Of a stretch of DNA of 64,000 nucleotides, positions 8,617 through 18,088 are shown in pieces. This stretch comes from a bacterium (GTDB lineage Bacteria; UBA10199; 2-02-FULL-50-16; JAJFLM01): NCBI GenBank assembly GCA_965216315.1, contig CBDCFN010000016.1:1728001-1792000 (forward strand). The letters run 5' to 3'. Position numbers and translations under genes: made by a program. Position 1 is the first letter of the stretch, and every line of letters starts with the position of its first letter. A model generated the notes under the pieces. The model was not told where the DNA came from and did not search any database. It worked only from the letters and a program-made list of their open reading frames with translations.

Positions 8617-9894
8617 TTAGTAGCTTGTAACCTCAAGAGCTCGGATATTTGCAGGTCGGGTCGGCAACGTAAAGTAAAAACGGCTCCCAATTCCGGGACT
8701 CGATTCGACCCACAGGCGCCCTCCATGGAGCTCTATGATCTTTTTCGCGAGCGCCAACCCCAATCCGGCCCCCCCGTGACTTCGCGTCATCCCCCCATCG
8801 ACCTGCCGAAAGGCCTCAAAAATATCCGCAAGATGCGCCGGGTCGATGCCCGTTCCCGTATCCGCAACCGTGATCTTGACCTTATCCCCAGCCAGCTCGG
8901 CCTGAATCCGCACCTCCCCCTGCGCGGTAAACTGAATCGCGTTTTCCAAGAGCTTCTCGAGAACCAAGCGGACCTTCTCTTCATCGCCATACACTGAGGG
9001 AAGTCCTGGTCCCCACGCCTGGATAAGCTGAATGTCACGCGCCTGAATCTGCGCCTGCATCGACTGAATCTGTTCTTCGAGGACTTTGTCGATAGGAAAT
9101 TTTTTGATCGTCAACTGCTCCGGGCAGGACTCTAATTGTGACAGGTCGAGTATCGCGCGATGGATATTAAGGAGCTGCTCACCGGCGGATTTGATCATCG
9201 CCAAGTGATTACGCTGTTCTTCATTGACTACCCCATCCACTCCATCCGCGAGGGCCTGCGCCAAACCGATAATATTATGCAACGGCGTTGCCAATTCATG
9301 GGTCATATTCCCCACAAAATTGCCTTTAAGTACCGACAACTCCTTGAGCTTGGCATTCTGGCGGAGCACTTCATCGTACAAGAGTGAATTTTGAATCGAA
9401 ATGCTTAATTCGTAACCAAATAGGCTCAAGAGTTCGCGTTCTTCCTTATTAAAGCTGCGTCTTCCTTCCGGGGCGGCAATAGCCACAAAGCCCAAAAGCT
9501 TGCCTTCGATGCGCAACGGCACGAGCGCCGAGGCCTTAAGCTCGACAAAGACTTTGAGAAAACGATCGCGATGCTTGGGAAATCGGACTGTCGTGATGGC
9601 CTCAATGGTCAGCGGCTCGTCATGGCTCTTAAGCCAGTTCACGAGTGGAGACCTCCCCGCAAGCTTAAAATGGAGTGGGGCCGCTCCTAGCCGTGATTTG
9701 ACCAAATAAGCCCCTTCATCGCTTGTGCGGAGCAGAATACTCGCACTGCGCACCGCAAAGATCTCGGCTAGCGAGCTCAAAGCGACACTCAACAGCTTAT
9801 CGCGCGATTGAAGCGAACGAAGCCCTGCAATATGTTGGGAAAAGATTTCTTTATAATCGTACGACTCCCGTTGAAAGAGTCGGAGCTGGAACAT
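8617..9894 (-). CDS. Cytoplasmic GAF-domain sensor histidine kinase
   Basis: GAF (LVPLRIEGKLLGFV); H-box THELATPL; N-box LLENAIQFT; G1 VADTGTGI; G2 GAGLGLAL; no TM segment. Confidence 0.92.
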   Translation of the reverse strand: MFQLRLFQRESYDYKEIFSQHIAGLRSLQSRDKLLSVALSSLAEIFAVRSASILLRTSDEGAYLVKSRLGAAPLHFKLAGRSPLVNWLKSHDEPLTIEAITTVRFPKHRDRFLKVFVELKASALVPLRIEGKLLGFVAIAAPEGRRSFNKEERELLSLFGYELSISIQNSLLYDEVLRQNAKLKELSVLKGNFVGNMTHELATPLHNIIGLAQALADGVDGVVNEEQRNHLAMIKSAGEQLLNIHRAILDLSQLESCPEQLTIKKFPIDKVLEEQIQSMQAQIQARDIQLIQAWGPGLPSVYGDEEKVRLVLEKLLENAIQFTAQGEVRIQAELAGDKVKITVADTGTGIDPAHLADIFEAFRQVDGGMTRSHGGAGLGLALAKKIIELHGGRLWVESSPGIGSRFYFTLPTRPANIRALEVTSY

Positions 9895-9915
9895 TGGAAG
9901 GGAGTGTACTAAATT

Positions 9916-11046
9916 TTACGTGCCGTCACAAACGGTATCGTCGTCACCAGCACAAAGAATGGTGGCCTCGATCCGGACGGCGATATCGAGTCCGACGGCG
10001 GCCGACAAAGGACCACTTCCCTCGGTGACGAGTGTCGTGCCGACCAGATGCACCGTCCCATCATCCTGGACTGGCAAGCCCAAAATATTGTTCCCACTGA
10101 TGATAAAATCACCCGCTAAAAGCCGATCATTGGGAACATCAAGCGAGTCGACACTCCCCGACGTAAAAGGCATATCGAGTACCAGGGTTGAGTTGTTGTC
10201 GACCAAATCAACGACGAGATTAGGCAAAGTCAACTCACCGGTGTCTGCATTGTAACTTCCCGTCACCGCGGACCGGGTCGTAATATGCGTCTGGCCGGAA
10301 ATAATACTCAGAACCGGACCCAACGCGGGGACACTGGGATCGGGAGGCGGTAAGAAGAAATTGTCGCCTGAGGTGATTTGCGGAAATGAAAAGTCACCAT
10401 TCGTCGCAATGTTACCCACCAAGGTAACGGGGGCAAAGGCATCGACACCCATCTCGGTATCCATCGGCACACCGAGACCTCCGGTGGACACCACCATATA
10501 AGTAATTGTCAGATCGACATCGCCACTTAAATCAACGGAACTCCCCCCGCTAGAGACTTCAGGGCAATCCTCTTCCCCTTCCGACTTTCCATAGAGCTCA
10601 ATTTGGATGATGCCTGAATTCTCGCCATTAAACGACATATCGACAATAGCCGTATGAATCGAGTCCCCACTCTCTTCTAAGGGACTATAACGGACGCGCA
10701 GCGCATAACTGGCCCCGGCAGGAATCTCCAACGGACTGATTCCACCGGCGGCATCCGACGGGATCTCTGCATCCGAGCCGATTTGAAAACCACGTATCGT
10801 GAAGTGTCCGGCCCCATTTGTGCCGGGTGCCAAGACAGCGCCCAGCATACTGAGGGTTTTACCCGTGGTATTTTGAAAATTGAAAACACGTTCGTTAATG
10901 CCGCACTTGGGCGTCACACTGAAGGCCCCTTGGACGAGATCGCTGAATTGCCCTTGCTGGGTACAGGCACTCATCCAGAGCACCATGAAGGCGCCAATCA
11001 GCAGCTTAAAACGGGAACGTGAATTTTTCATAAGGTGCAGCATCAT
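9916..11046 (-). CDS. Lipoprotein with an Ig-like (choice-of-anchor D/ASH-like) domain and an uncharacterised beta-rich C-terminal domain
   Basis: Lipobox-like WMSAC after a basic/hydrophobic N-terminus; FNFQNTTGKTL..FTI..IPAGASYALRVRYSP Ig-like pattern. Confidence 0.7.
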   Translation of the reverse strand: MMLHLMKNSRSRFKLLIGAFMVLWMSACTQQGQFSDLVQGAFSVTPKCGINERVFNFQNTTGKTLSMLGAVLAPGTNGAGHFTIRGFQIGSDAEIPSDAAGGISPLEIPAGASYALRVRYSPLEESGDSIHTAIVDMSFNGENSGIIQIELYGKSEGEEDCPEVSSGGSSVDLSGDVDLTITYMVVSTGGLGVPMDTEMGVDAFAPVTLVGNIATNGDFSFPQITSGDNFFLPPPDPSVPALGPVLSIISGQTHITTRSAVTGSYNADTGELTLPNLVVDLVDNNSTLVLDMPFTSGSVDSLDVPNDRLLAGDFIISGNNILGLPVQDDGTVHLVGTTLVTEGSGPLSAAVGLDIAVRIEATILCAGDDDTVCDGT

Positions 11047-11050
11047 TCCA

Positions 11051-11078
11051 ATTATCGGTAAAAATCAAGAAAAGTTGC
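11051..11078 (-). promoter_or_regulatory. Sigma-28-like promoter motif, copy 1 (GCAACTTT-N11-ACCGATAA)
   Basis: Minus strand CAACTT 11077-11072, 13-nt spacer, CCGATA 11058-11053, ATG 6 nt downstream. Confidence 0.7.
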
Positions 11079-11095
11079 TACTTCCGAGGAAGCCC

Positions 11096-12589
11096 TTAAA
11101 AAGAGCCGCCTACCCGGACTCCAGCCCCTGTCGGGGTTCTTGAAGCAGGATTGGTCGGGTCCATGGTCAGGAAGAAACCACCACCCAGGCTTCCCACCCC
11201 GGCGGACATGATTTGGATGCCGGAGGTGCGCTGTGCTTCGCCTGAAACGTCGAGGTGCGGGTTCGCATCGGGACCGGCGCCGATCGGCCGATGCGTCAAG
11301 ACGTCATCGGGCCCACTGTTCAGATTAGGAGCCGTCAACATCAACGCCAATCCGACCCCTAACTGCAGGGCACCACAGCCAATCATGGCACCGCGACTGT
11401 GCCAAATATCGTTAGAACCAGCCGCGCGCGGAATACCCGGCGCACCACCACAGAACAAAGCGGCACCAGCTCCGGACATCTCGGGGACATTACCGAAAAT
11501 ACCGCCGAGTTGAATACCCGCTCCTCCGAGCATGGTCACAACCGTCGCAATAGTCGTATTCGTCCGTGATTCAGCACCGTCCGGATCCGCATTGATCACG
11601 ATCTGACCGGTGTTATAAGAAATGTTACCGTAGTTAATCAGGTTAAGTCCGCCAACCAACAAACCGAAATTATCATCGCGCAACCCATCGATATGGGAGA
11701 CGTCGCTGCCGAGACCGGCAACACGAATCGAATGCGTCCCCGCGACACCAATGGCAAATAAACGATAACGGAGTCGCGCCCCCGGCGTTAAGTCTTCGCT
11801 GGTCGGTGTCTCCTCAAAATTGAAGCGTAGATGAAAACCCGTCGTTAAATTGTAAGGAACTCGATTGGGCCCACTTCCACCCAGCTCGGAGCGCTGCTGC
11901 AAACCAATCCCGAGATTGACGTGCCGGCCTAAATCAAGGCTCAAACCGGTAAAATCTTCAACGCCAAAGCTCACCGCACCATCGGCGCGGTCATGATCGA
12001 TCACGCTTAAGTAAAGCCCTGGGTTTTGATCGAGTAAGGTCCGAAAATTCGAATCACCAAAACGGAACAACTCACCGGAATGAGCGAGACCAAGCCCGAT
12101 ACGATGGCGCAGGGCATAGTCCGAGGGAAAACGATCGTCATAAGGGGTATGAAAGAGACCGTAACTCGCAAACAGACGATCCCCAGGTGGCAGGTTGAGT
12201 TCAAGCTGTAAAGACCCACCATTCTCCGGCTGCAAATTAGCAGCATTTTGCCGGATTGCAGGGAACATCCCGAGTTGTCCCCCCAACACAATACTCCCGA
12301 AACGCAGGGCTGGCGTGCGGATGCGCTCATTCGCCTCCGTAGGATTTTCTGTTGCTGTTGGATTGGGATCGGTCGTCGGTTCCGGACAGGGAATTAGGGT
12401 ACCATTTTCGATACGGGGTCGACATGCACCGGAACCGTCCGTTGTCGTTGAGGGAGACGCCGTATTCGGTTCGGGACAGGTATAAAGGTGTCCATCATGA
12501 ATCTCCGGCCGACAGGTCGTCGCCGCGTCGCAGACCATGCGTCTGACATCCGTTCCCCCTTCATTGACTGTACGTGGTTCACATCCCAT
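11096..12589 (-). CDS. Hypothetical protein: N-terminal Cys repeats, beta-barrel-like middle, Gly-rich hydrophobic helices, C-terminal Phe
   Basis: AGAGGAAG RBS; CRPEIHDGHLYTCPEP/CRPRIENGTLIPCPEP repeats; alternating amphipathic strands; ends GAGVRVGGSF. Confidence 0.75.
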   Translation of the reverse strand: MGCEPRTVNEGGTDVRRMVCDAATTCRPEIHDGHLYTCPEPNTASPSTTTDGSGACRPRIENGTLIPCPEPTTDPNPTATENPTEANERIRTPALRFGSIVLGGQLGMFPAIRQNAANLQPENGGSLQLELNLPPGDRLFASYGLFHTPYDDRFPSDYALRHRIGLGLAHSGELFRFGDSNFRTLLDQNPGLYLSVIDHDRADGAVSFGVEDFTGLSLDLGRHVNLGIGLQQRSELGGSGPNRVPYNLTTGFHLRFNFEETPTSEDLTPGARLRYRLFAIGVAGTHSIRVAGLGSDVSHIDGLRDDNFGLLVGGLNLINYGNISYNTGQIVINADPDGAESRTNTTIATVVTMLGGAGIQLGGIFGNVPEMSGAGAALFCGGAPGIPRAAGSNDIWHSRGAMIGCGALQLGVGLALMLTAPNLNSGPDDVLTHRPIGAGPDANPHLDVSGEAQRTSGIQIMSAGVGSLGGGFFLTMDPTNPASRTPTGAGVRVGGSF

Positions 12590-12607
12590 AATAAATTCTT
12601 CCTCTCT

Positions 12608-13717
12608 TTAGGAACCTCCATCTCCATTAGAAGTACTGTCCGGCGGACTGACTAATTCGACGGAAAACGTTGAAGCCGTATTTCCGTCGAGATCGGTACA
12701 GCCGCTACAAAATTGATAAGAACTTGCATCAAAGCCCTGGCCGACATCAAAAATCATATAGCTCTCCCCGCCGGTCAACAGCATAAGCTGCTCATTTTTA
12801 ATGAATCCAGGGGTAGGAACAAACTCACCGGGCTCCGGGTTTTCCGGAACATCTTCCGGCTGCCAAAACTCAGGAAGTCCACTATTGGAGTACAAACTAA
12901 ACACCGACACATCCTGAGGATTGTCAAGGTCCGCCGGCTGGGCACCACCAATCGTATTCCGGCAATGCAGAATCAACTCGCCCAGGGCTAAGTCGTAGGC
13001 CCCAACACAGGAGTAAACCAGACCAATCGGAATCAAGGGGTTTTCAGCCGTATCAATGCCGCAAAAATTAAGCCCGGGGACGGGATAACCATACTCATTA
13101 AAGCCACTGTAGTTGGTTTCATAACCGAGATTACAGATGCTATCCCCATGTTCGCGTAACTGCATCACGGAATTAGCAATATTCGTCCAGGATAGATCCG
13201 GTGACGTTTGAAAATCGGCCGGACGATTGGTCCACTGCCCGATCCCTCTAAAATAGGCAACAGAGGCAGGATCCGCTGTCTGCACCATCGCCACAAGGTC
13301 TGGATCCAGGGCGCTGACGTCATCCGCAGAAATATTTTCACCCGTCCGTGTGACGGTTAAATAACTACTCGTATTCAACGAAGGGTTACCGTTAAAGACG
13401 TGCTCATTCGCAGTCAAACGGAGATGAATATGCGGTGGCAATTGAGGAACGCCATCTCCTTCTTCGGCGAGACAATCGGCCAGGTCTTCTCCTTCGAGCC
13501 CTTCGCAGGGGTCCTCATCGCTCGGATCAGGAACGATCGGATCTTGCGGCGGTCGTCCGCCACCATCCGGCCCGCCTAGCTCATCACCATCGCCACCGCA
13601 ACCACTCAACAGGGCTACTGTCGTGAGCGCAATCGGCGCAATCGTCAATCTTGCCATCGTTCCCATCGCATTCATGACCGGGGCAAGCGTCGTCGCTAGT
13701 GGTGCTAAGAATGACAT
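12608..13717 (-). CDS. Hypothetical lipoprotein
   Basis: ARLTIAPIALTTVALLSGC lipobox followed by an acidic Gly/Pro linker; its start overlaps the stop of the upstream gene (TAATG). Confidence 0.75.
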   Translation of the reverse strand: MSFLAPLATTLAPVMNAMGTMARLTIAPIALTTVALLSGCGGDGDELGGPDGGGRPPQDPIVPDPSDEDPCEGLEGEDLADCLAEEGDGVPQLPPHIHLRLTANEHVFNGNPSLNTSSYLTVTRTGENISADDVSALDPDLVAMVQTADPASVAYFRGIGQWTNRPADFQTSPDLSWTNIANSVMQLREHGDSICNLGYETNYSGFNEYGYPVPGLNFCGIDTAENPLIPIGLVYSCVGAYDLALGELILHCRNTIGGAQPADLDNPQDVSVFSLYSNSGLPEFWQPEDVPENPEPGEFVPTPGFIKNEQLMLLTGGESYMIFDVGQGFDASSYQFCSGCTDLDGNTASTFSVELVSPPDSTSNGDGGS

Positions 13718-16700
13718 TAGTTAAACCTCCAGCTTCTATAAATATTGGGAATCTCGCGTGCTTCATTCATCGTCGCGTCATCGAGTGATTCTTCCATCTC
13801 CATGGGATCGATGGCTTCTGGATCCATTTCGGGAGCTTCATCAGCACCATCAGAACCATCTGCACCATCGGAACCGTCCGTGTCAGGATCCGGATCTTCT
13901 GGATCATCCGAGGGGTCTATATCTTCTGGATCAACAGTTGTATCATTCATATCCATCGACATGCTTTCTGTCCCCTCGGAATCACAAGAATTAAGAACGG
14001 GATCAAAACCAATGCCTAAGTAACGTGGTTCTCCCGACGTGATGCGAATCACGGGATCATCCAAACCAAGCGAACGGAAACCAAAGCCTTGCAATAAATC
14101 TTCCAGGCTATCTTCTTCGGCCGTTCCATCACACACAGCGTCTTTAGGCAGTACGGTATCAATTTCCAAGGCAAATTCATTGCCACCACCGAAATTGAAG
14201 AGATTGAGCGTCGTCCCGTTCAGGTTGGCGTTCATATTAATGGCCAGATCCGCATCCGAATAAGGGGTATTGTTTTCTTTGACCGAGATTTTAAAGAATG
14301 AGGCTTCCGGATCCGGAACAAGGGACACTTGGCCGTTCGGCTTATGCAGTTCTTTAGGCTTCAGTCCGGCCGTGATTTTAAGTTTTCCATCGGACGTATC
14401 CGTCTCATACTGGGCCCAAGCAGTAACCGACGCATCCAGACGGAAACTCAGGATAGGAACATCTTTATCCTCGGTACAATTTGGATGAGCCTGCGGTTGT
14501 CTATCACACCAACTAATCAGATTAACGGTCTCTCCCCCTTCAACTTGGCGACGCAGGTTTGTTTCCGGGTCAACGCGTTTGCCATCCTCATCGGTCAGAA
14601 CCTCATCTTCGAACACCTGCAGTTCGGCGTCGGAAAGAGCCACTTTAAGAGCCAGAGAAATAGCTTGAGGTCGGCCATTAACATCTTCTATCGCCGAACT
14701 GCTCAAAAATTGGACCATCGGCGGCAAATTAGGATTCAACTTGAGGCGGAAACGCAACGGTGTACTCAGTTCTTCCTGAGTCACACTGCCATCGCCGTTC
14801 AAGTCAAATTCACCGATAATTTGATCTACCTGAAGGCGCAGCGGAAAACATTCCTTCGGCTGCTTTTCTACCGGCACGGCCACCAATAAGCCGTCATCAT
14901 CTTTCTTAAAACACTGTTGCGGGGCAACCGTCGCACCGATACCAAAGCGATCCACGACACCAAAGTCATTGGTATCGATAAAGTCTGGTTCCCTATCCAA
15001 GAGCTCGTTCAACATGGTTGCAATACCATGCAGGGCCATGTTCGCCATCTCTTCTTTGAGGGTCAGATTGACGTTCTTACGAAGGCGGCGCGCCGCACTG
15101 ATCGGATCGACTTTGCCGGATTCTGCATCGGCTAAATAACCATTATCGGAATTTTTAATCGATGCCGGCAAATTGTTCATGAAGTCAACCGAATCACGCT
15201 CACTATCGGGAGTCGGATCGCCTTCCTCAAACGCACCCGAAGGCAGCACTAAACTACCACCTTTGAAAGAAATGCCACGCGGACTAAGGATGAGATCCGC
15301 CTTCAAGAGATCTGAGAATATCTCCGTCGTAAACTCTTTACCAAAGAGAGGTACCGTAAGAGGCATGAGTGGATCGTTCGCGAACTTGCCGAGCTCTTTC
15401 GTTAAAATCTTTGGCGTCAAACAAGAAACCTGGCTTTTGATCGTCTCTACGAGCTGCGTCGAAACGTTGGCGCTTGTCGGCGTCGGCTCCAAACTGGAAC
15501 CATTGATCTGCTGATTGAGAGATTCCATCGCCTTACAGGCCGGTTGATCGATCCAAACTTCAGCCGTTTCACTGCTCTCATCGTAACAGCCGTCACCATC
15601 CAGAGTTGTACTCCATGGCCGATCACAACGAAATTTGACTAACCGTCCGCCCGGTCCCCAAGCATCAATCAAGTCGTGACCCGGAATCGGATTAACCGCT
15701 GTTACAGTAAGCCCGCTCTCGTCCTTGGAAAGTTGGATCTCCAGATTAACGGTCAACCAATTGACTTGCAATTCAACCGGAAGAACACCCAAACCAAGGT
15801 CCTGATCTTTGTCAAAGCAGGCACCCTGGAGCTTGTTGTCAACAAGATCTAAGCCGGCACAGTCCGTCTCATTACATTTGATCGTAAAAATTTCCGTGAA
15901 ACCGCTAAGCCCCGCGATTTCTAAACGCACCCAGGCGCGATTCTTATTCAAGAAATGAAGGGAACTGATATCAAGAGCCCCAATCGTCGGATCAATAATA
16001 TTGAAGGTCCGAAAAAGGTTGGGTTGCGGTCCGACCCAATCGCATTGATCAACCGCTTCTTGAGTCGGCGCTTGCGGCTTAAAAAGAGCTAAGAAAATAT
16101 CTTTTTTAAACTTGTCCGTGTTCATCGCCGTTTCGATGTCGTCTATCAAGGCGCCCTGACCGCTTTCCGTCACCTCAAGATAAGAGGCCGGAATGTGTCC
16201 AGCCAATGCCGCATCAACTTCCGTCCTAATTAAATTTCCTTCATCATCGAAGCGGCTTCGCATCTCACCATAACCAAAGCTCACGGACTTTTGCGTATCA
16301 CGGCCTTCATCCGCCGCTTTCACCGTCACGGCTTTGAGTGGGAAACTAAGTCCGCCCTCCTTCAACTTGAATACATATTTTTTATCTTCGGCTGCCGTCG
16401 GACACATTTCATAGAATTCATCGAGCTGCTTATCCGGGTTGCCGCGCTCAAAGATCGGCAAGGTCTCATTATCTTCCTGGATACAGGCTCGATCCATCGT
16501 TACCGGAACGACTTCAAGCGCTGTCGTGCAAATAATTGATGTGGGACTTGGGCACGGAGAAATATTTATCTGGTTGAGAAATGTCTCGCAATCCTCGACA
16601 CCAAGGTTGTCGCAGATTTCTTGGCAGGTAAAATCCTGACCCTCTTCTCCCTCGGCCGCGGCAATGTCACATATACCGTCGTTGTCGTTATCCGGATCGT

Positions 16701-18003
16701 CAATATCGAGGAGTCCATCCTTGTCAAAATCATTGCAAAGGCGTCGGGCATCAAGGTCACAACCCGCTTCCACTGAAGGAATAAAGGTCGGTGCTTCTTC
16801 CGGACAGGCCCCTACACCAGCCACGACCACCATATCGGTTATTTCATCGGCGCGGACAGGCCAACCATCAAGTTTCTCGATATAGTGACCCTCCTGATCA
16901 AAGAATTGGAGACATAACTCTGGGGCGGCTACTTGGTTGTCCAGCGGAGCGACTTCAATGACCTGACCATCACCGGGATTATACCCTGTCACCGTATTTT
17001 GAACGCGGATGGAAATGTCATTGCTGCCGTTACCTAGAGGAATACCTGTAATCAAAAAGCCATTCGTATTCCCCGCCGCGCAGAGCGCGTTACGTCCGCA
17101 AAAAATTTCAACCGTGGGACAGGCTAATTCGGCAATTTTGGCGTCCGTACAATCTTCTTCAGCCACCTCAGCCGCAGTACAACAAACAGAGTCTGATTCA
17201 GCCTGCGCGTTATCCACATCCTCAACGGTCGGACAGGGTCGACTCAAGGTCCAGTGCTTGCCCGTTTCCTCTTCCGTTGCTTCATCGATTTCATTAGTTA
17301 CGGTCACAACAACCTTGGCACCCGATGCATCTCCCTCTGGATTAGCCAGACAGATGTCGAGCGTTTTAGAAGCAATCGGGTCAGAACTCAGAGTGTATTC
17401 ACCGGTTCCAGCATCTTGCGTAATGCCTGGCGTCAGATCTTCGTCGGCCTGATTGAGTTCGGCCATGGTAATTTTCAGATCAGGGGCAGAAACTTTAACA
17501 AACTGGCGATTGATAACAACGATGTTCGGAAGACCCATGTTGGCAATGAAGAGAGCATTTGTACTCGCAACATAGAGGCCCGGATCGGAAGACGGGAGAG
17601 TGACGTTCGCTTCAAAATCACCGCCGGTCAGCGAATTAGGATCGATAACGACTCGCGGCGGCACATCGACAGGATTATCGACAGAATTAACTTCTACGAA
17701 AAAATTGGCTAGGTTTGGAACCTGGGTCGCCAACCCACTAACACAAATACTCGTCCCGAGGACCTCCGGCGGGGTGCCCGCATTAGGCGGCGCTGGCTCG
17801 GCCACACAAAGCATTCCCGAATCTCCGCCTTCGAAATTCTCAGGGTGAGCGATCTCATCACAAAAATCACTGACCGGATTGGTAGGCGGAGTGCAGACGG
17901 CATAGGCCGCTCCGCACACCGCTAATGACACCCCATTAAGGAGTAAGCCTAGAACCAAAAAACGTCGTAATTTCAACAACATTAGCGTAAGAATCTCCCT
18001 CAT
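13717..18003 (-). CDS. Giant (1428 aa) secreted Cys-rich acidic protein with Ca-binding-like loops
   Basis: Signal peptide ending AAYA; many Cys; DFDKDGLLDIDDPDNDNDGICD and DLNGDGSVTQEE motifs; Asp/Glu low-complexity tail. Confidence 0.85.
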   Translation of the reverse strand: MREILTLMLLKLRRFLVLGLLLNGVSLAVCGAAYAVCTPPTNPVSDFCDEIAHPENFEGGDSGMLCVAEPAPPNAGTPPEVLGTSICVSGLATQVPNLANFFVEVNSVDNPVDVPPRVVIDPNSLTGGDFEANVTLPSSDPGLYVASTNALFIANMGLPNIVVINRQFVKVSAPDLKITMAELNQADEDLTPGITQDAGTGEYTLSSDPIASKTLDICLANPEGDASGAKVVVTVTNEIDEATEEETGKHWTLSRPCPTVEDVDNAQAESDSVCCTAAEVAEEDCTDAKIAELACPTVEIFCGRNALCAAGNTNGFLITGIPLGNGSNDISIRVQNTVTGYNPGDGQVIEVAPLDNQVAAPELCLQFFDQEGHYIEKLDGWPVRADEITDMVVVAGVGACPEEAPTFIPSVEAGCDLDARRLCNDFDKDGLLDIDDPDNDNDGICDIAAAEGEEGQDFTCQEICDNLGVEDCETFLNQINISPCPSPTSIICTTALEVVPVTMDRACIQEDNETLPIFERGNPDKQLDEFYEMCPTAAEDKKYVFKLKEGGLSFPLKAVTVKAADEGRDTQKSVSFGYGEMRSRFDDEGNLIRTEVDAALAGHIPASYLEVTESGQGALIDDIETAMNTDKFKKDIFLALFKPQAPTQEAVDQCDWVGPQPNLFRTFNIIDPTIGALDISSLHFLNKNRAWVRLEIAGLSGFTEIFTIKCNETDCAGLDLVDNKLQGACFDKDQDLGLGVLPVELQVNWLTVNLEIQLSKDESGLTVTAVNPIPGHDLIDAWGPGGRLVKFRCDRPWSTTLDGDGCYDESSETAEVWIDQPACKAMESLNQQINGSSLEPTPTSANVSTQLVETIKSQVSCLTPKILTKELGKFANDPLMPLTVPLFGKEFTTEIFSDLLKADLILSPRGISFKGGSLVLPSGAFEEGDPTPDSERDSVDFMNNLPASIKNSDNGYLADAESGKVDPISAARRLRKNVNLTLKEEMANMALHGIATMLNELLDREPDFIDTNDFGVVDRFGIGATVAPQQCFKKDDDGLLVAVPVEKQPKECFPLRLQVDQIIGEFDLNGDGSVTQEELSTPLRFRLKLNPNLPPMVQFLSSSAIEDVNGRPQAISLALKVALSDAELQVFEDEVLTDEDGKRVDPETNLRRQVEGGETVNLISWCDRQPQAHPNCTEDKDVPILSFRLDASVTAWAQYETDTSDGKLKITAGLKPKELHKPNGQVSLVPDPEASFFKISVKENNTPYSDADLAINMNANLNGTTLNLFNFGGGNEFALEIDTVLPKDAVCDGTAEEDSLEDLLQGFGFRSLGLDDPVIRITSGEPRYLGIGFDPVLNSCDSEGTESMSMDMNDTTVDPEDIDPSDDPEDPDPDTDGSDGADGSDGADEAPEMDPEAIDPMEMEESLDDATMNEAREIPNIYRSWRFN

Positions 18004-18007
18004 GGCG

Positions 18008-18035
18008 AGTATCGGTTTCTACGGTCAAAAGTTGT
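18008..18035 (-). promoter_or_regulatory. Sigma-28-like promoter motif, copy 2 (ACAACTTT-N11-ACCGATAC)
   Basis: Minus strand CAACTT 18034-18029, 13-nt spacer, CCGATA 18015-18010, ATG 6 nt downstream. Confidence 0.7.
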
Positions 18036-18088
18036 CAGGTTTTCAGGGGTAAAAATGGTGAATTTTCGCAAGAAGCTCGGCTAAGCCG

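Noticed and set aside
13840..13935. Short tandem nucleotide repeats as a CRISPR or VNTR locus
   Set aside because: They are degenerate codon-level repeats encoding DGSDGA/DPED inside a CDS, with no repeat-spacer structure.
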